Part shown: one piece after another, positions 1 through 12,644 of the stretch
Layout of the letters: every line of letters starts with the position of its first letter
Position numbering within the stretch: position 1 is the first letter of the stretch
Assembly: GCF_003918875.1 (NCBI RefSeq)
Contig: NW_025767270.1
Coordinates: 434,001 to 498,000, forward strand
Length of the DNA: 64,000 nucleotides
Reading direction: 5' to 3'
Origin: Haliotis rubra
Lineage: Eukaryota
Program-made: the position numbers and the translations under genes
The notes under the pieces: model-generated
What the model saw: only the letters and a program-made list of their open reading frames with translations
What the model was told of the DNA's origin: nothing
Database searches by the model: none

Positions 1-205
1 TGCTTGTCGTAAGAGGCGACTAACGGGATCGGGTGATCAGGCTCGCTGACTTGGTTGGCACATGTCATCGTTTCCTAACTGTGCAGATCGATGTTCATGC
101 TGTTGATCACTATATTGTCTAGTGCAGACTTGATTATTTACAGACCGCCGCCATATATCTGGAATACTGCTGAGTGCGGCGTTAGCCAACAAACCACCCG
201 ACCAA
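1..205 (+). mobile_element. Family B short non-LTR retroelement (5' end cut by window edge)
   Basis: gcttgtcgtaagaggcgactaacggg...ctggaatactgctgagtgcggcgtt plus a (CCAA)-type tail; matches the other family B copies. Confidence 0.85.
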
Positions 206-830
206 TCATTCACGTTCTACTCAAACTAAACTGGCGTAGAAAAGAGAACGTGCCCTACGTGATGTCGTGACGTCTGACAATGTCCCCTTGCGAAATGAAC
301 CCCTGTTGTTGTAACTAAAGAGGACCGTAATCGCGTAACTGTATATTTGCACCTCTGGACTGTCAGAGTCCGCAGTATGGTGACCAAAGGGGCCTTTTGT
401 TCCAAGGAAATGACCGTCAAACCTTATAAGCGCCGCTATAGGGACGTCTTGGTTACATCTTGGGATATGGTGATGGAAGCTATCTCGGCCGTTTGTATCA
501 CTGAATAGCAGAAGTTACGATGTTGCCAACGTTGCACAGTCGAAGACGTTTCCTACAATGCTGCTGGGTCTGTGACCTGGTCAATAGACTTGGAAACCTA
601 CGCTCAGTTCCCACTGCTATTGATGCCAAAGACGTTCTAGTCAAGGATTTGACACATAAATGATGTAACGTAGACTGGTATTTCTTATGTGAAAAGATTG
701 CGGGGGAAAAGGATCTGGCATTGTGACTTTGTAAAGCCCGTATCCGCGTCATGACGGCTCGCTCTCACTGCGCTGTTGACACTCGTGGAAATTAACTGCT
801 GTATTTGTTTTGTTAATCTGAACGGCAACG

Positions 831-833
<3 letters not shown>

Positions 834-903
<70 letters not shown>
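834..903. repeat. (GA)n microsatellite, about 35 units
   Basis: Direct reading. Confidence 0.98.
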
Positions 904-904
<1 letters not shown>

Positions 905-1263
905 GGTGAGAGGGGAGGGCGGAGTTAAAGAGAGAGATTAGGGGGCAGGGGACGGGAATGGAGGAACTTTTCAAAGAGGTGGCAAGTCATGCATAATTGT
1001 CATTAAGTTCGCTTTAATCTAAATAATGTTTAACGTTGCAACGGTGTACATGTATGTGGTATGTATGTGTGTGTGTGTGTGTCTGAGTATGTGAGTGTGT
1101 GTGAGAGAGTTCTATATTGCTCTATATAATTATGATTTTGGTCCTTCCACAATAAATCACTCCTTAACTAAATTAGTTCCACATAATATTCCCCTGGGAA
1201 GACTCAGATTGACGAACGAACACAATTGAAGAACTGCTTACAGTGGTAACGACCCTAGTACCA

Positions 1264-1392
1264 GTGTGTGAGTGAGTAAGTAAGGTTTAACGCCGCTTTT
1301 AGCAATATTTCAGCAATATGACGGCGGAGGATCGAACGCGAGTCTTCAGCGTGACGAGCGGACGCTTTAACCATTAGGCTTCCCCATCGCCG
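1264..1392 (-). mobile_element. Family A tRNA-derived SINE, internally deleted
   Basis: Homologous to 27247-27417; 11-bp TSD CCCTAGTACCA at 1253-1263 and 1393-1403. Confidence 0.85.
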
Positions 1393-1899
1393 CCCTAGTA
1401 CCAAATAGGTGCAGCTACCTTCATCTGTAATATAGCGTCATTGGTTATAATTACCCTGTCATGAACACCCGTAGGCTACTGTCCCTGTTGAAACAGCTGG
1501 AGAAAAGTTAATTGATATATACTGCGTAATGAACATGTATTGACGTATGGTGTCATACATTTAACTCACATAGGTTTCCATCTATGACATGAGGTTATGT
1601 TAATTCCACTATAACGCTGTCGGCAACATTGACCCACTCTCTTCACAGAGTTGGCCACTGTTATCATATCTCTGTTGAATCATACAACAAGGCTAAAACG
1701 CGTGGCGTGAATTTGTTGTGGTGTTGTGCTCTGTGGCATTGAGAGATTTGGTTGTCGGCGTGATATCATTTTCTGTTGTTCCGCGGTTTTATCAGTTATG
1801 TTGCGGTGGGAAATGGTAGTTGTTATATTGTGATGCTCATTTTGAAAAAAGAAGATGATTATTGATATGATAGAGATTTAGAAATATGTTATCCGCATC

Positions 1900-2205
1900 T
1901 TACAATACCAGTACTAAGAAACATGATATCCACAACTCACATTACCAGAACTGGGAAACAGGATATCCACCACTCACATTACCAGTACTGGGAAACATGA
2001 TATCCTCAACTCACATTACCAGAACTGGGAAACATGATATCCACAACTTACATTACCAGTACTAAGAAATATGATATCCTCAACTTTCATTAACTGTACT
2101 AATAAGCATGATATCAGCTTTTAACATTACCAGTACTAAGAAACATAATGTCAGCATCTGACATTAAAAGTACTAAGAAACTTATTTTTCACATTTAATA
2201 TTACC
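1900..2205. repeat. 37-bp minisatellite, about 8 decaying copies
   Basis: Unit approximately cacattaccagtactaagaaacatgatatccacaact; period 37 (1938, 1975, ...). Confidence 0.9.
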
Positions 2206-2847
2206 AAAACGGAAATTACGCCACTCCCCAACTGAATCAACACATTACAAACTACATTTCGGATACGATTGACCCTTTTCCAATATGTATTTGTAGTGTG
2301 TAGATTATTCGAGCAGGCTACTCCATCTGTGCCATATTACGTGTTTGTGATATATCGAATACTCAGTATGAAAGCTGTATATTTCTCCCATCTGTTACCC
2401 AACCCAACAGTGTTTGGAAAAAAAGAGAAACAAAACCAGAACCTTAACAATAAAAAAGTAATAAACAAACTCATTATATTTCATTGAAGACATTTCAGGC
2501 AAAATAATTGTTTGCGACCTAAATATGAAAACAAAATTGGAACACACACCCCTCGCTCCGGCAACACGCATGTTCAAAACAATCGTGTTGTTCATATTGA
2601 TCAAATCATGCTCTATGCAAAATAAGACCAACACGTTCCCGTTATGTGTGGGGGATAAGTTTTTAAGCAACACATATTCCGATCAATTCAATCATTACAT
2701 AAACGTATCCTTTATACAGGCTCCTCTATGCTCTCACCACCTGTGGGCAGCCTATCGAACCAGTTTGTTGTAACAGAAGGCAAAGAAGATATCACGACTT
2801 TCAATCCCACTCGTTGGTCCCATCCCAGCACGATGAAATCCATCCTC

Positions 2848-2920
2848 ATTGGACCAATCACAGCCCCAGACCGTCATCCCGGCATCTGAGGAAGCAGAAG
2901 AAGGCGACTGTATCCATTGG
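2848..2920 (+). promoter_or_regulatory. Candidate proximal promoter with CCAAT boxes
   Basis: Back-to-back ATTGG/CCAATCA at 2848-2860 and a further ATTGG near 2916, in repeat-free sequence about 0.45 kb upstream of the ATG. Motif evidence only. Confidence 0.3.
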
Positions 2921-3335
2921 GTGCTGGGGTAATGTATGATAAAGCGCCAGTCTGCATAGAACAGTATTGAGCGAGCGTATTAGCAGTGTAGGCTTCAGCG
3001 AGAGCAGTGCGTACATTCTATTAGATAGTGTTCTGCCCAACAGTCAATACCTCATGGACTATTACCGTATTGTAGCAAATACCGTGTATGTGTGAAGGCT
3101 TGATTGCGTGTCCCTCTTTGGATTCTTAAATCAATTATGTGTTTGTCAAGGACCGATGCTTGTCAAAGTTTGTTGAAATGGTTACGTACGTGTCCGTTAA
3201 ACAAACATTGATGGGTAAGCATTATTTGTTATAAAAGTTATACATATAGTTTTATAGCAAGGCCATATTGACTTATCATTTGGAGACCGGTGAATTTCTT
3301 TTGTTCGTGGAATAGAACGAAGCAAATCATTCCAA

Positions 3336-3713
3336 ATGCACGGAAAACAGCATTACGATGAAGTGATTGAAATGATCTACCCGAACTCAACGCAGGATTC
3401 CTACAATGCTTCTGCTATTAACACAACAGAAGACTACTCTGAACTAGAATCATGGCAGACAAAGCCTTTCATCTGGATCATCCTCCTGCTGTCAACATGC
3501 GTATTCGTTATGGGTACTGTGGGGAACCTGTTGGTGTGGTTTGCGGTATGGAGGAACCACCGGATGCGCTCTGCGACGAACCTTTTCCTAGTCAACCTGG
3601 CTCTAGCGGACTTTTTGGTTATCTTGATATGCCTGCCACCTACTGTTATTTCTGATGTTACTACCAACTGGCCACTCGGACACGAGATGTGCAAGGCTAT
3701 TCACTACTTACAG
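3336..3713 (+). CDS. Orexin/allatotropin receptor-like class A GPCR (HCRTR-like), first coding exon (N-terminus, TM1, TM2, ECL1, start of TM3)
   Basis: ATG at 3336. N-terminal N-glycosylation sequons (NST, NAS, NTT). GTVGNLLV (TM1 GN) then VWRNHRMRSATNLFLVNLALADFLVILICLPPTVISDVTTNWPLGHEMCKAIHYLQ, closely resembling orexin receptors (VW.NHHMRTVTNYFIVNLSLADVLV...CLPA.L.VDITE.W.FG..LCKVIPYLQ). Ends at the canonical donor CAG|GTAAGT (3713/3714); 378 nt, phase 0. Confidence 0.93.
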
Positions 3714-4224
3714 GTAAGTTGCTTGGTTTCTTTTGTCCTTGTTCTTAATATATGATTTATTGCCTCTGTCGATTCGTCATTACTGTCCGTTAAAAAGAAA
3801 GATGACGATATGTTAATAATGAGATAAAATTGTCGAAAAATGCTATTATGATGTGCAGATTAACGTCCATTAGTAGTGGCAGGATCCGCTGCTCCCTGAT
3901 TCTCCTTGATAAAAATACGTCATCGTGTACCATTCGATGACTTGAGTCCATGGGAGTATTTTTAGCTGAACAGTCGAGATAAAGCCGATGAGACGGTACC
4001 CAAGTTTTGTGGTTAGTCAAAGTGGCAAATGCCTACAACTTGCGTCCTCCTGTGCCTTCTCCTGTATTAATTAGGTTGACACGTCGTTAACAACTTAACT
4101 ACTCGTGGAAGCGCCAGTGCACACGGCTTCAACACTTAATTCGCTCCTTCTGCACATTTATTTAAAAGGACCTGTTCTGAATACGATGAATGGCTGACGT
4201 TCATTAAACGTAGGCACACGTATC

Positions 4225-4660
4225 TGAGGTGAAGTGAGGTGTGGTGAGGTGACGCGTGCTGAGGTGATGAGGTGAGGTTAGGTGAGGTGTGGTGAGGTGA
4301 AGTGAGGTGAGGTGAAGTGAGGTGAGGTGATGTCAGCCTTTGGGACGTGAGGTAAGGTGGAGTGAAATGGGCTCACGGCCGCGTTCACGATCATTGCACT
4401 TATAAAGCGACGTCATGCAACATGTGCTGGTGCGACCGAACGCCGGTGCAGGGTGATTCCATGCAACTGTGTTAACATGTAAAACACAGTAAGACACAAT
4501 ATACTGACTCGTCTTATTTCATATACGTCTAACGCAAGGCAAGGTAACAACAATTAGCATCTTGTAACTTTCTATGTCTTTTGCCATGTCGCGGCCAGGG
4601 ATCGAATTCCGACCTTCCGCTTCCCTGGCAAACACCCTATCTATTGCACCACGGAGGTTA
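4225..4660 (-). mobile_element. Family C SINE, diverged, with expanded (CTCAC)n tail (GTGAG array on plus strand)
   Basis: GTGAG array at 4225-4360; the right end resembles the tRNA-like head of 54342-54702. Confidence 0.7.
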
Positions 4661-5682
4661 TGTCCCACTTCTGTGACGACGCTCTCTCCATTATAAACGA
4701 CGACAACGTGTATCCCCAAAGGCTTTTCTTTAACACTCAACACCACGTATTATGACCGAGAGATAGTTACAATAAGCGTTTAATTCTAACTCAAACTGAA
4801 GGATATAAATTTCATTTTCATGTTATTTCCTTTGTCAGATAGGGTTGGCAAAAGATCCTGTCCTGCGTCACAGTGGGATGTCAATCAACGCGAAGGATTA
4901 AACCAAAATTACGTTAAATCCCAAGCTTCTCATTATCGTCCACTGTTTATGTAGTCAGAAGCAAAGTCACAATTCATCCCAGTTTTATTCATTTCCCCAA
5001 GTACATGTAACGTTATGCTTTTATGTCTGAAAATCAATTTCGAGGGAAAAAAAGCAACTTTAGTTATTTACAGAACATAGTTTCATTATTCATGAAATCG
5101 TCTTACCCACTCTACAAATAATATGCCTTACTTTTTTTACTGTACATTTTTTTAGTCTTCTTTTATTCTTCTTTTCATTTTTTGTTTAAACCTGCATCAA
5201 CCGCCTTACTGAGTAATAACATATTACTAATATAAATTATGGAGCATTATCAGCATTCAACCAGTGGGATTCGTATATACCTGCTCTTGGGTTCAGCAGC
5301 CTCGTTCTGCATCAGCGGACATGAAACTATTGCGTACTACAGTCTTGATTAGAACAATTCCCCTACAGCAAGTTTTAACCTTGATCCTCTTGAACACACA
5401 CTTGGGTACTCGTGTATCTTCTTGATTGGTTCTGTGTCGCCGGAAGGGATATAGCAATTGTACTTATACGGACGGCACAAATGCACAGACAAACGGTGTT
5501 ACGACCAGTATCATGTATTTCAACCTCTAATTGCTGGACATATCTATAACACCATTACAACTGATGGAGTTGGCCGTAGGGTTAGATTGTTTATTTGGAA
5601 GAATCCAATAAAAGCGTCCGGCTTAACGGTTCTTCTAAAGATCAGCATCATGTTTGTGTAGATCCTCCTAAAAATGATTGGA

Positions 5683-5998
5683 GGTGATGTGAGGTGAGGT
5701 TAGGTGAGGTGAAATGGGGTTTAACGTCGTACTTAAGAATATTTCGCTCATATGACCACGTGCATGCGTCTGTATGTGTGGCTGTTTGTACTAGCCCAGA
5801 CTATAGTGCCAACTCACTGACTAGCATGAATACCCCACTCAGACTCCGAGCCGACCAGTCCTTGTTGTACCCATTACAGGCAGGCAGGGACCAACAAATA
5901 CCATATTTTAACGTCTTTTGGTATGACTTGGCCGGGGATCGAACCCGCGATCTTCCGCTCTCCTAGTGGACGCTCTAATCACTACACCACGGAATCGG
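5683..5998 (-). mobile_element. Family C SINE (tRNA head, Meta-like core), internal deletions
   Basis: Homologous to 36281-36645 and 54342-54702; GGAGGTGA on both flanks. Confidence 0.85.
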
Positions 5999-6151
5999 CT
6001 TCTGGGAGGTGAAATATGCTCGAATGACGACGTTCTTATATGATCCTTAGATGCATTACCCATTATTCCATGAAGCATAAATCCCCATACAGTGTATGGA
6101 GACAATGATGAAAATAACGTTATGAATAACAGATTCTTGTTTATTGCATAG

Positions 6152-6191
6152 AGCGACGTTTCGGTGTGGATCCGTACACCTTCATCAAGCT
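6152..6191 (-). ncRNA. Minimal type I hammerhead ribozyme motif of Penelope-like element type
   Basis: Minus strand reads agc-TTGATGA-a-ggtgt-acggatcc-acacc-GAAAC-GTC-gct: stem I agc/gct, stem II ggtgt/acacc, minimal palindromic stem III, AATAAA just downstream. C3 is replaced by U. Confidence 0.7.
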
Positions 6192-7221
6192 AAAGGTCAT
6201 TCTACGCAATAGCAATAAGTTGTCATCCATAAAGTTGTTTGCTTCATTAATGACTCACCAACTTCCAGAATGCCGATCTAACAGTTAACAGGTGTAAGGG
6301 GAGGTCACAAGAACAAGATCTGTTAGCTTCTTCTGTAATGGCATGACAAGGTCATTAATCATGAACCTTCCCAAACTAAACTTTGCACAACAAAGGATAG
6401 GATACAAACTAGGCAAGATAATCCTTTCTAAAGAGAACTCTCCATTATACAATTTGGCCATAAAAATGTATGTTAATACCGACTGCAGTAAAAGCACAGT
6501 CTAAATATTGCCTAAGTATAGATCAAGCTGTCACATATTACCAAAGGGATTAACGTATTTAATATGTAACAAAACAACTTTTTAAACTTACAATCTGAAA
6601 TACACAATTTAATTAAAAGGATCAACCGTTGGAATATACGTGAATAGAGCAGTCTGAAATTTGACACACTTTAGCATCTGATAAACACGTTTCATATATT
6701 TGAATGTATGTCGAGATAGGTGACCACCTGTTGAAATGGAAAGCTTTGGCAACAATGGGAACAAATCCCTTTATCGTCCGGGGTTATATCTGCCTTCTAG
6801 TCAAGCACGATTATACCACGACTCGGGGACAAAATCTGAACATAATTTCCCCTTCACAGATGGTGTAGTTTTAACAGCTATGGCTACAATACGTGTGGAT
6901 TATGAGGCCAATCTGGGACAGGTAGGAGATGGTTCACAAGCATACCACATAGGCTTCTACCTGACACGTGGGGTATTGTTGGATAGGCTTGAAGCTCTAA
7001 TGGTCATGAGATCGTGTGTCATTAACTTGTTCGCACTGTACCGATGACTAATGAGTTCAAGGACCTTTTGTTGTATATTTGGCTTGTATGAGTTGGATCT
7101 GGATATCTGTTAAATCACTTTGTCATCTAATATGAAAGAGGCACAAGGAATTGCACTTTATAGTCGTAACATTCACGTGCACGTCACTTGCGAATCGTAT
7201 CTGAGAGTTGTGACATGTTAT

Positions 7222-7603
7222 TGTGGTGGTGTGTGGTCCTATGCATAGATCCCAAGTCACAAAGCAGTTGAAGTTAAGCAACGTTACGCGCGGGGAGTCC
7301 TTGGATGGGTGACCGTGTTTGGCAGCTTGACTCCTGAGAGTTTCTAGGACTGAAGTCCTGCCCCATAATGAAGCACATGTGATACATGTGATCTCACCTC
7401 AGGCAAGTGAAACTGTTTTGTTCATGAATTGCCTCTGTTCACCCAGCAGTCAGTAGGTACCCGCTGTGAGAAGTCATATGACTGTAACGTACTAGCGCCT
7501 CACAGGCAGCTTGGGTTTTCCGGGGTAGTAATGCGTTAGCGCTTTGAGCAGGAACAAGTGCGTGGAAGCAGGCGCTTTATGAATAGCCAGTATTATCATG
7601 ATT
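7222..7603 (+). mobile_element. Chimeric SINE: 5S rRNA-like segment, Deu/Nin-like core, L2-type tail
   Basis: 7270-7315 gaagttaagcaacg...cttggatgggtgaccg resembles the 5S internal promoter region. Core gcctctgttcacccagcagt...ggtacccg. Tail agcgctttgagcag...aggcgcttta...tattat resembles the L2 3' end at 44861-44932. Confidence 0.7.
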
Positions 7604-7827
7604 GCAATCCTAATCCATGGCCCCAACCGACATCCTCCTCGAGGAAATAACGAACAAAAACAATATGAAAAGCAATTCACCAACAACAATCAATTCAGAA
7701 TCTAACATTGAAATGTGTGCATACGACGTTAAAGGGAGACTGTGCCATACAGTGTGGTGCCAATGCTCTGATTGAGTCTAGGCGTTGTTATTAATACCAT
7801 GTGAGAACATGACAGTGTATCTGTATA

Positions 7828-7995
7828 CTGACTGAGTTTGGTTTTACGCCGCTTTTAGCAATATTCCAGCAACATCAAGGCGGGGGACACCAGAAATGGG
7901 CTTCACACATTGTACCCATGTGGGGATTCGAACCCGGGTCTTAGGCGTGACGAGCCGACGCTTTAACCACTAAGCTACCCCACCGCCCTTCGCCC
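7828..7995 (-). mobile_element. Family A SINE, full length
   Basis: A/B-box head; 11-bp TSD GTATCTGTATA at 7817-7827 and 7996-8006. Confidence 0.92.
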
Positions 7996-9789
7996 GTATC
8001 TGTATAATTAGGGATATTGTTAACTTCCAAATGGTATACACGAACACTCAAACGAAGAATTGTTTTTAGGGACAATGAATCAACATGTGTTACGACTGCC
8101 GAAATGAATCCTGTAGGAACACACTAAACATTGAACATTCATATCTGCAACAGTGAAACATCCTTTATTAGATCCAAATATAATTCTGTTGACATGTGTT
8201 GAAGCAGTCTCGAGTGTCAAATATTGGACAACAATTTTCGAATAGTGAAAACGAGCCTGGAGGTTGAAAGCAAAACTCAATAAGCGTTAACGAGCACGCA
8301 TGTTACAGTAATCATGTCCCAAAGGACAACAATACGGTTTCGGGTTCCTGTCAATTCTCCAGACGAACACCAGCTTAGTGATATGAAGCTGCTCATCCCT
8401 TAAGTGCATGTTTCCAGCTACACGAGAAGCATTGCCCCAGCAATTACTCGCAACCACGATGATGATTTATGAGAGCTGCATATCTGATTGGATAAGACTG
8501 TCCTATGCGCTCCTTCCGTTACACATCGTGCACATGTTTGACCACACATAACGGGTTCGCACAGTACCGTTATCGGATTACAGAAGGCTACTATGCCTTG
8601 TTATTGTATTACTGCATTTTATTTAATAACTGATCTCAACTTTCGTAGAGGAATTCATCCAGTGGGTGGCGGTTCATTTCTGAATTAATACCCCTATTAC
8701 GTTCAACGGCAAATGGCGTTTATGAAGTAAATGGGTCTAATTATTGCTATCTTCAGGGTTTCACATTCCTAACAGCAATGCGATGAGGTTGAACACGAAC
8801 GAATGGTTTGGATATCGGTAAATTTGAACTGTAGGTGAAGCGTTGTTGTGATGAGAACGATGTTGTTTGCTATACGTATCTGAACAGTGTGTTTGAATGC
8901 TGGTTGGCCGTGGTATAATGATCACTCAGACGTTCTGTATGCACTGATGCCGACGTTGCCGTTAAAACGTGATGGGATGACCACACGAATTGTACTTGCA
9001 TGTCCAGTAACGACGTAACTTCATTTACAGGTCCCATAGCATCCACTTGTTGAGTCTGCGCCGGAACAAATAACAAACTGTTTTATCATACATTTGGTGG
9101 TTGATTCTATCCACTTAGATCGAGCGGATGTGGATGAGGCACAGGTATTTGTTTGGCCATACATCTCTCTCTGTCTACATCTCGGTATAGCAAAACAGCT
9201 TCAGTGGCAGACAGGTATACAGTGATATAATGTAATGGTAATGGTAACCAATAGTCGCTTGATCTCATCCAGGCGATGTATCCCGTGGAAGCCAGTTTTG
9301 GTTGATAAATGCATTTTTAGTCTCAGAATTAAAGAGCGTTTATTGAACATGTGTTATATTACAAACTCACTTTCAAAATAGCATTCCACGACTCCAGCTG
9401 TATATGAAAGTAGACGCTCATTGCTCTCTTTGTGCACCTTTGCTTCAGTGTGATAACATTGGCCTCTGTAAAAATATGTCTTAAGTACCCCATGCATTTG
9501 ACGAGCTTATATGAGAATTAGGCGATCATGTGGGCATTGTGTATCTAGTGAACCGTGGTGGATTAGCTAGGAACTGCCAGGATCCCTGGATTATACTCAA
9601 TTATTTACAGTTGTATGATGTAAGTGCAGTTTCCATAACTTCACTGACTATATTTAATCTGCACTTCCTGATAAGGTTTGAAAGGTGGAGTTTTTATCCA
9701 CATCAGTCGTTGTGTTCTTATGACATCTGAATGCAAAGCGGCCATGTGACCTAGGTGATGCAGCTTGACTTGCATAACTTTAACAGAAC

Positions 9790-10280
9790 CACATACCAGC
9801 CAACGCAGAACACAGACCAGCCAACGCAGAACACAGACCAGCCGACGCATGGGAACACAGACCAACCAACGCATGGGATTACAGACCCGTCCATTCCTTG
9901 AATCACACATTTGCCTATGCATTGGACAACAGACAAATCAGTAGTACTTGGACCACAAATAGATCCGTACTATGGACCACAGATTAAACCTACAGATTTA
10001 TCCATTACTTGCGTCACAGATCTACCTGTGCATTGGATCCGTCTGTGCTTAAGTCCACAGATAATCCGTTCCTTGGACTGCACGCCTACCCAAGCCTGGA
10101 TCTACAGATCTACAACGTTAACCCCTGTATTTGGCGTCAGACCTACCCGTGCTTTGGACTGCCGACCCACATGTGCCTTGAACCACAAACTTGCCAATGC
10201 CTTGGACTGCAGAGCAGTGCGTACTTTGGACCACCAAACCACTTGTACCAACCTATGCCTACAGAACAGTGCGAGTCAAC
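9790..10280. repeat. Degenerate 21-23 bp tandem repeat
   Basis: acacagaccagccaacgca units at 9790-9890, decaying into ttggact/cacaga-rich units. Confidence 0.6.
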
Positions 10281-11519
10281 CGATTAAGCCGCTCCAAAAA
10301 AAATACAGCAAATCCTTGCATCATGTATAGTGTATTTATTTCCACGCCACTGTTCTCTATAAATGTTTGATGCAAGGTAAACATATTTTACTTCTATACA
10401 CACATCCTTGAATTCGTCTACGTTTATTCAAATGTATTGTGCTCGACGATATTTGTGAGAGGAATATCTAGGGAAATGTTTGTAGCACTGTTTCATTCCA
10501 CGTCCATCAAATATTGATGACTTTTGGGTCAAGGGAATTACTATATTTTAAAGAATAAATCGCTCCGTGGACAAAGTCCCAAGCGTATGTGTACCCTATC
10601 TTGGACTAACCAGATAATGCTTCTCATTGCTGACATATAGACTAGTACAATGTAATTACATCTATCGGCGCAGTGTCTGCCGGGAAGATGACAAATTGTC
10701 GTTATTTCATACCTTAGGTGGAGGACTTTATTCATAATGAACTAGTGAGTGTGGGCGAGGGATCAGTATTTCTTGGTTATGTATGAGGCATGCATCTCCC
10801 GTGACTTCCTGGTGCTTTGGAACACATAGAATTATCCGTAATTCGAAACAAGCTGAGTGTAAAGGTCATATCACACGTTAAAGCTGCTTCAATATTAAAG
10901 GTCTGCCGAGATAAACTATACATTGAGCTTCTTTGGATATCAAATATATCAACTATCAGGGACGTGCCGATACAAAGCTGGGATGGTAATGCATTCTCTC
11001 AACTGATGCAGCTTGCAAACAGTAGTCACTCGTGCGTTAAGTGTGCTGTATCGTATCTTGGAATACATTGCTACTGTTACTCTCTGTTAACATATTCAAG
11101 TAATCGCATTTATCGATTTACGCATTTCATTTGGTTAGACGATAGCTCTCCAAAGCATTTTCAAGCAGAAAATATTCAAACTTACGTGGTTCAAATTTGA
11201 ACTCATACCATAACCTTTATTCACTAAACAACAAAACAAACACGAAACGAAATACGACGCCGTCAGGCTGTTTGGATACACAGACAACTCCGTGTGGTAT
11301 TTGTATATTTGTTTCAGTGTGTCTGATTTGTATATTTTGTTTGGGCTTTTTTTTGCCATTTTGCATACCATAGGCTTACACTTCAACAATGACATCAACC
11401 ATATCCGATTTTTTGGTTGGAATTTTAAGTTGTAATTTAAGACTGAGCTGTTTCGGTTCTTTGTTTAAATATCCAATTAAACGTTACATCTTTACAATAC
11501 AGTTCTTTAACCCTTTTAT

Positions 11520-11683
11520 GGGTCGGTGGGGTAGCCTAGTGGTTAAAGCGTTCACTCGTCACGCCGAAAACCCGAGTTCGATTCCCCACATGTGTATAAT
11601 GTTTGAAGCCCATTCCCGGTGTCCCCGCCGTGTTATTGCTGGAATATTGCTAAAAGCAGCTTAAAACTAAACTCACTCACTCA
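11520..11683 (+). mobile_element. Family A SINE, full length
   Basis: ggggtagcctagtggttaaagcg...gttcgattcccc...(ACTC)n tail. Confidence 0.9.
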
Positions 11684-12438
11684 TTCTCTATATTAATTAA
11701 TCTGGTTTAAACTGCAGTGATATTTGTGGCACCCAATAACCCTAGCAGAGCCTGGTTCTACTCATCTGTTTTCTTTACGACGCTATACACGATGTAAATA
11801 CACACCATGGAAGCATGACAGGTCCTCACAGCTGGTAACATATGAACCACATCTTTGTAGTCATCATATTCTTCTCGTTAGAGATCATAGGCGTGGAGGT
11901 GGGTTTAATGACATCCCCACGGATGCAGATGTGTTTGGCACGCTTCCCACAAATTAATGGCAACATAAATGAAGGAATGTGCAATGGGAATAGCTTTTAC
12001 GCATTAATATTCGCATAATGCAGGTAAGTCTTCGACGCAAACCTGTCATCACTGATTTTCTGTAACCAAGTCATGTAAAATACCGTTATTCCCAGTGGAA
12101 TCTTGATTCTGAGAATACTCGGGATGGTTATTTTCTGGTGCTGATGTTCATGTTATGGGGAAACATGTGCAAACCTTGGAAGCGAAGGAAAATTATGAAA
12201 ATAACATGAACAAGGTGGCAGAATAATTGAATTTTGTTTGATGCCGCACTCGGAAAAAAATTCAACTGTGTTACGGTGGCACGTAAATATAGGGTAGATG
12301 GCAGGCAAAACACAGATTGTACGTTCCTTCATCGACTTACAATGACATGTAAGCAATCGAGTAACTATGTGACTTAGATTACCTGATCTTTGTTTCGCCA
12401 ACTCTTTCTCTGATGCTTGAGGTGACGTACAAAACAGA

Positions 12439-12567
12439 GTGAGTGAGTGAATATAGTTTTACGCCGCGTTTAGCAATATTCCAGCAACATCACGGCGGGG
12501 GACACCAGAAATGGGCTTCAAACATTGTACCCATGTGGGGAATCGAACCCGGGCCTTCGGCGTAACG
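12439..12567 (-). mobile_element. Family A SINE, 5'-truncated
   Basis: 12-bp TSD GTACAAAACAGA at 12427-12438 and 12568-12579. Confidence 0.9.
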
Positions 12568-12644
12568 GTACAAAACAGAAGACTGGGACGATGTCACAAT
12601 GTGTATTTTGTACTTCCATGTTGTGTGGTGTCTAGTACGCAAGG

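Noticed and set aside
3714-3755. ORF-track extension of exon A (VSCLVSFVLVLNI)
   Set aside because: Read-through past the splice donor; receptor similarity stops at YLQ.
6600-6700. Penelope RT motif (TALFTYIP) on the minus strand near the hammerhead
   Set aside because: It lacks the catalytic Asp context and no other RT motifs were found, so it is too weak to call.
7270-7315. 5S rRNA gene
   Set aside because: Only a diverged internal fragment embedded in a SINE-like element.
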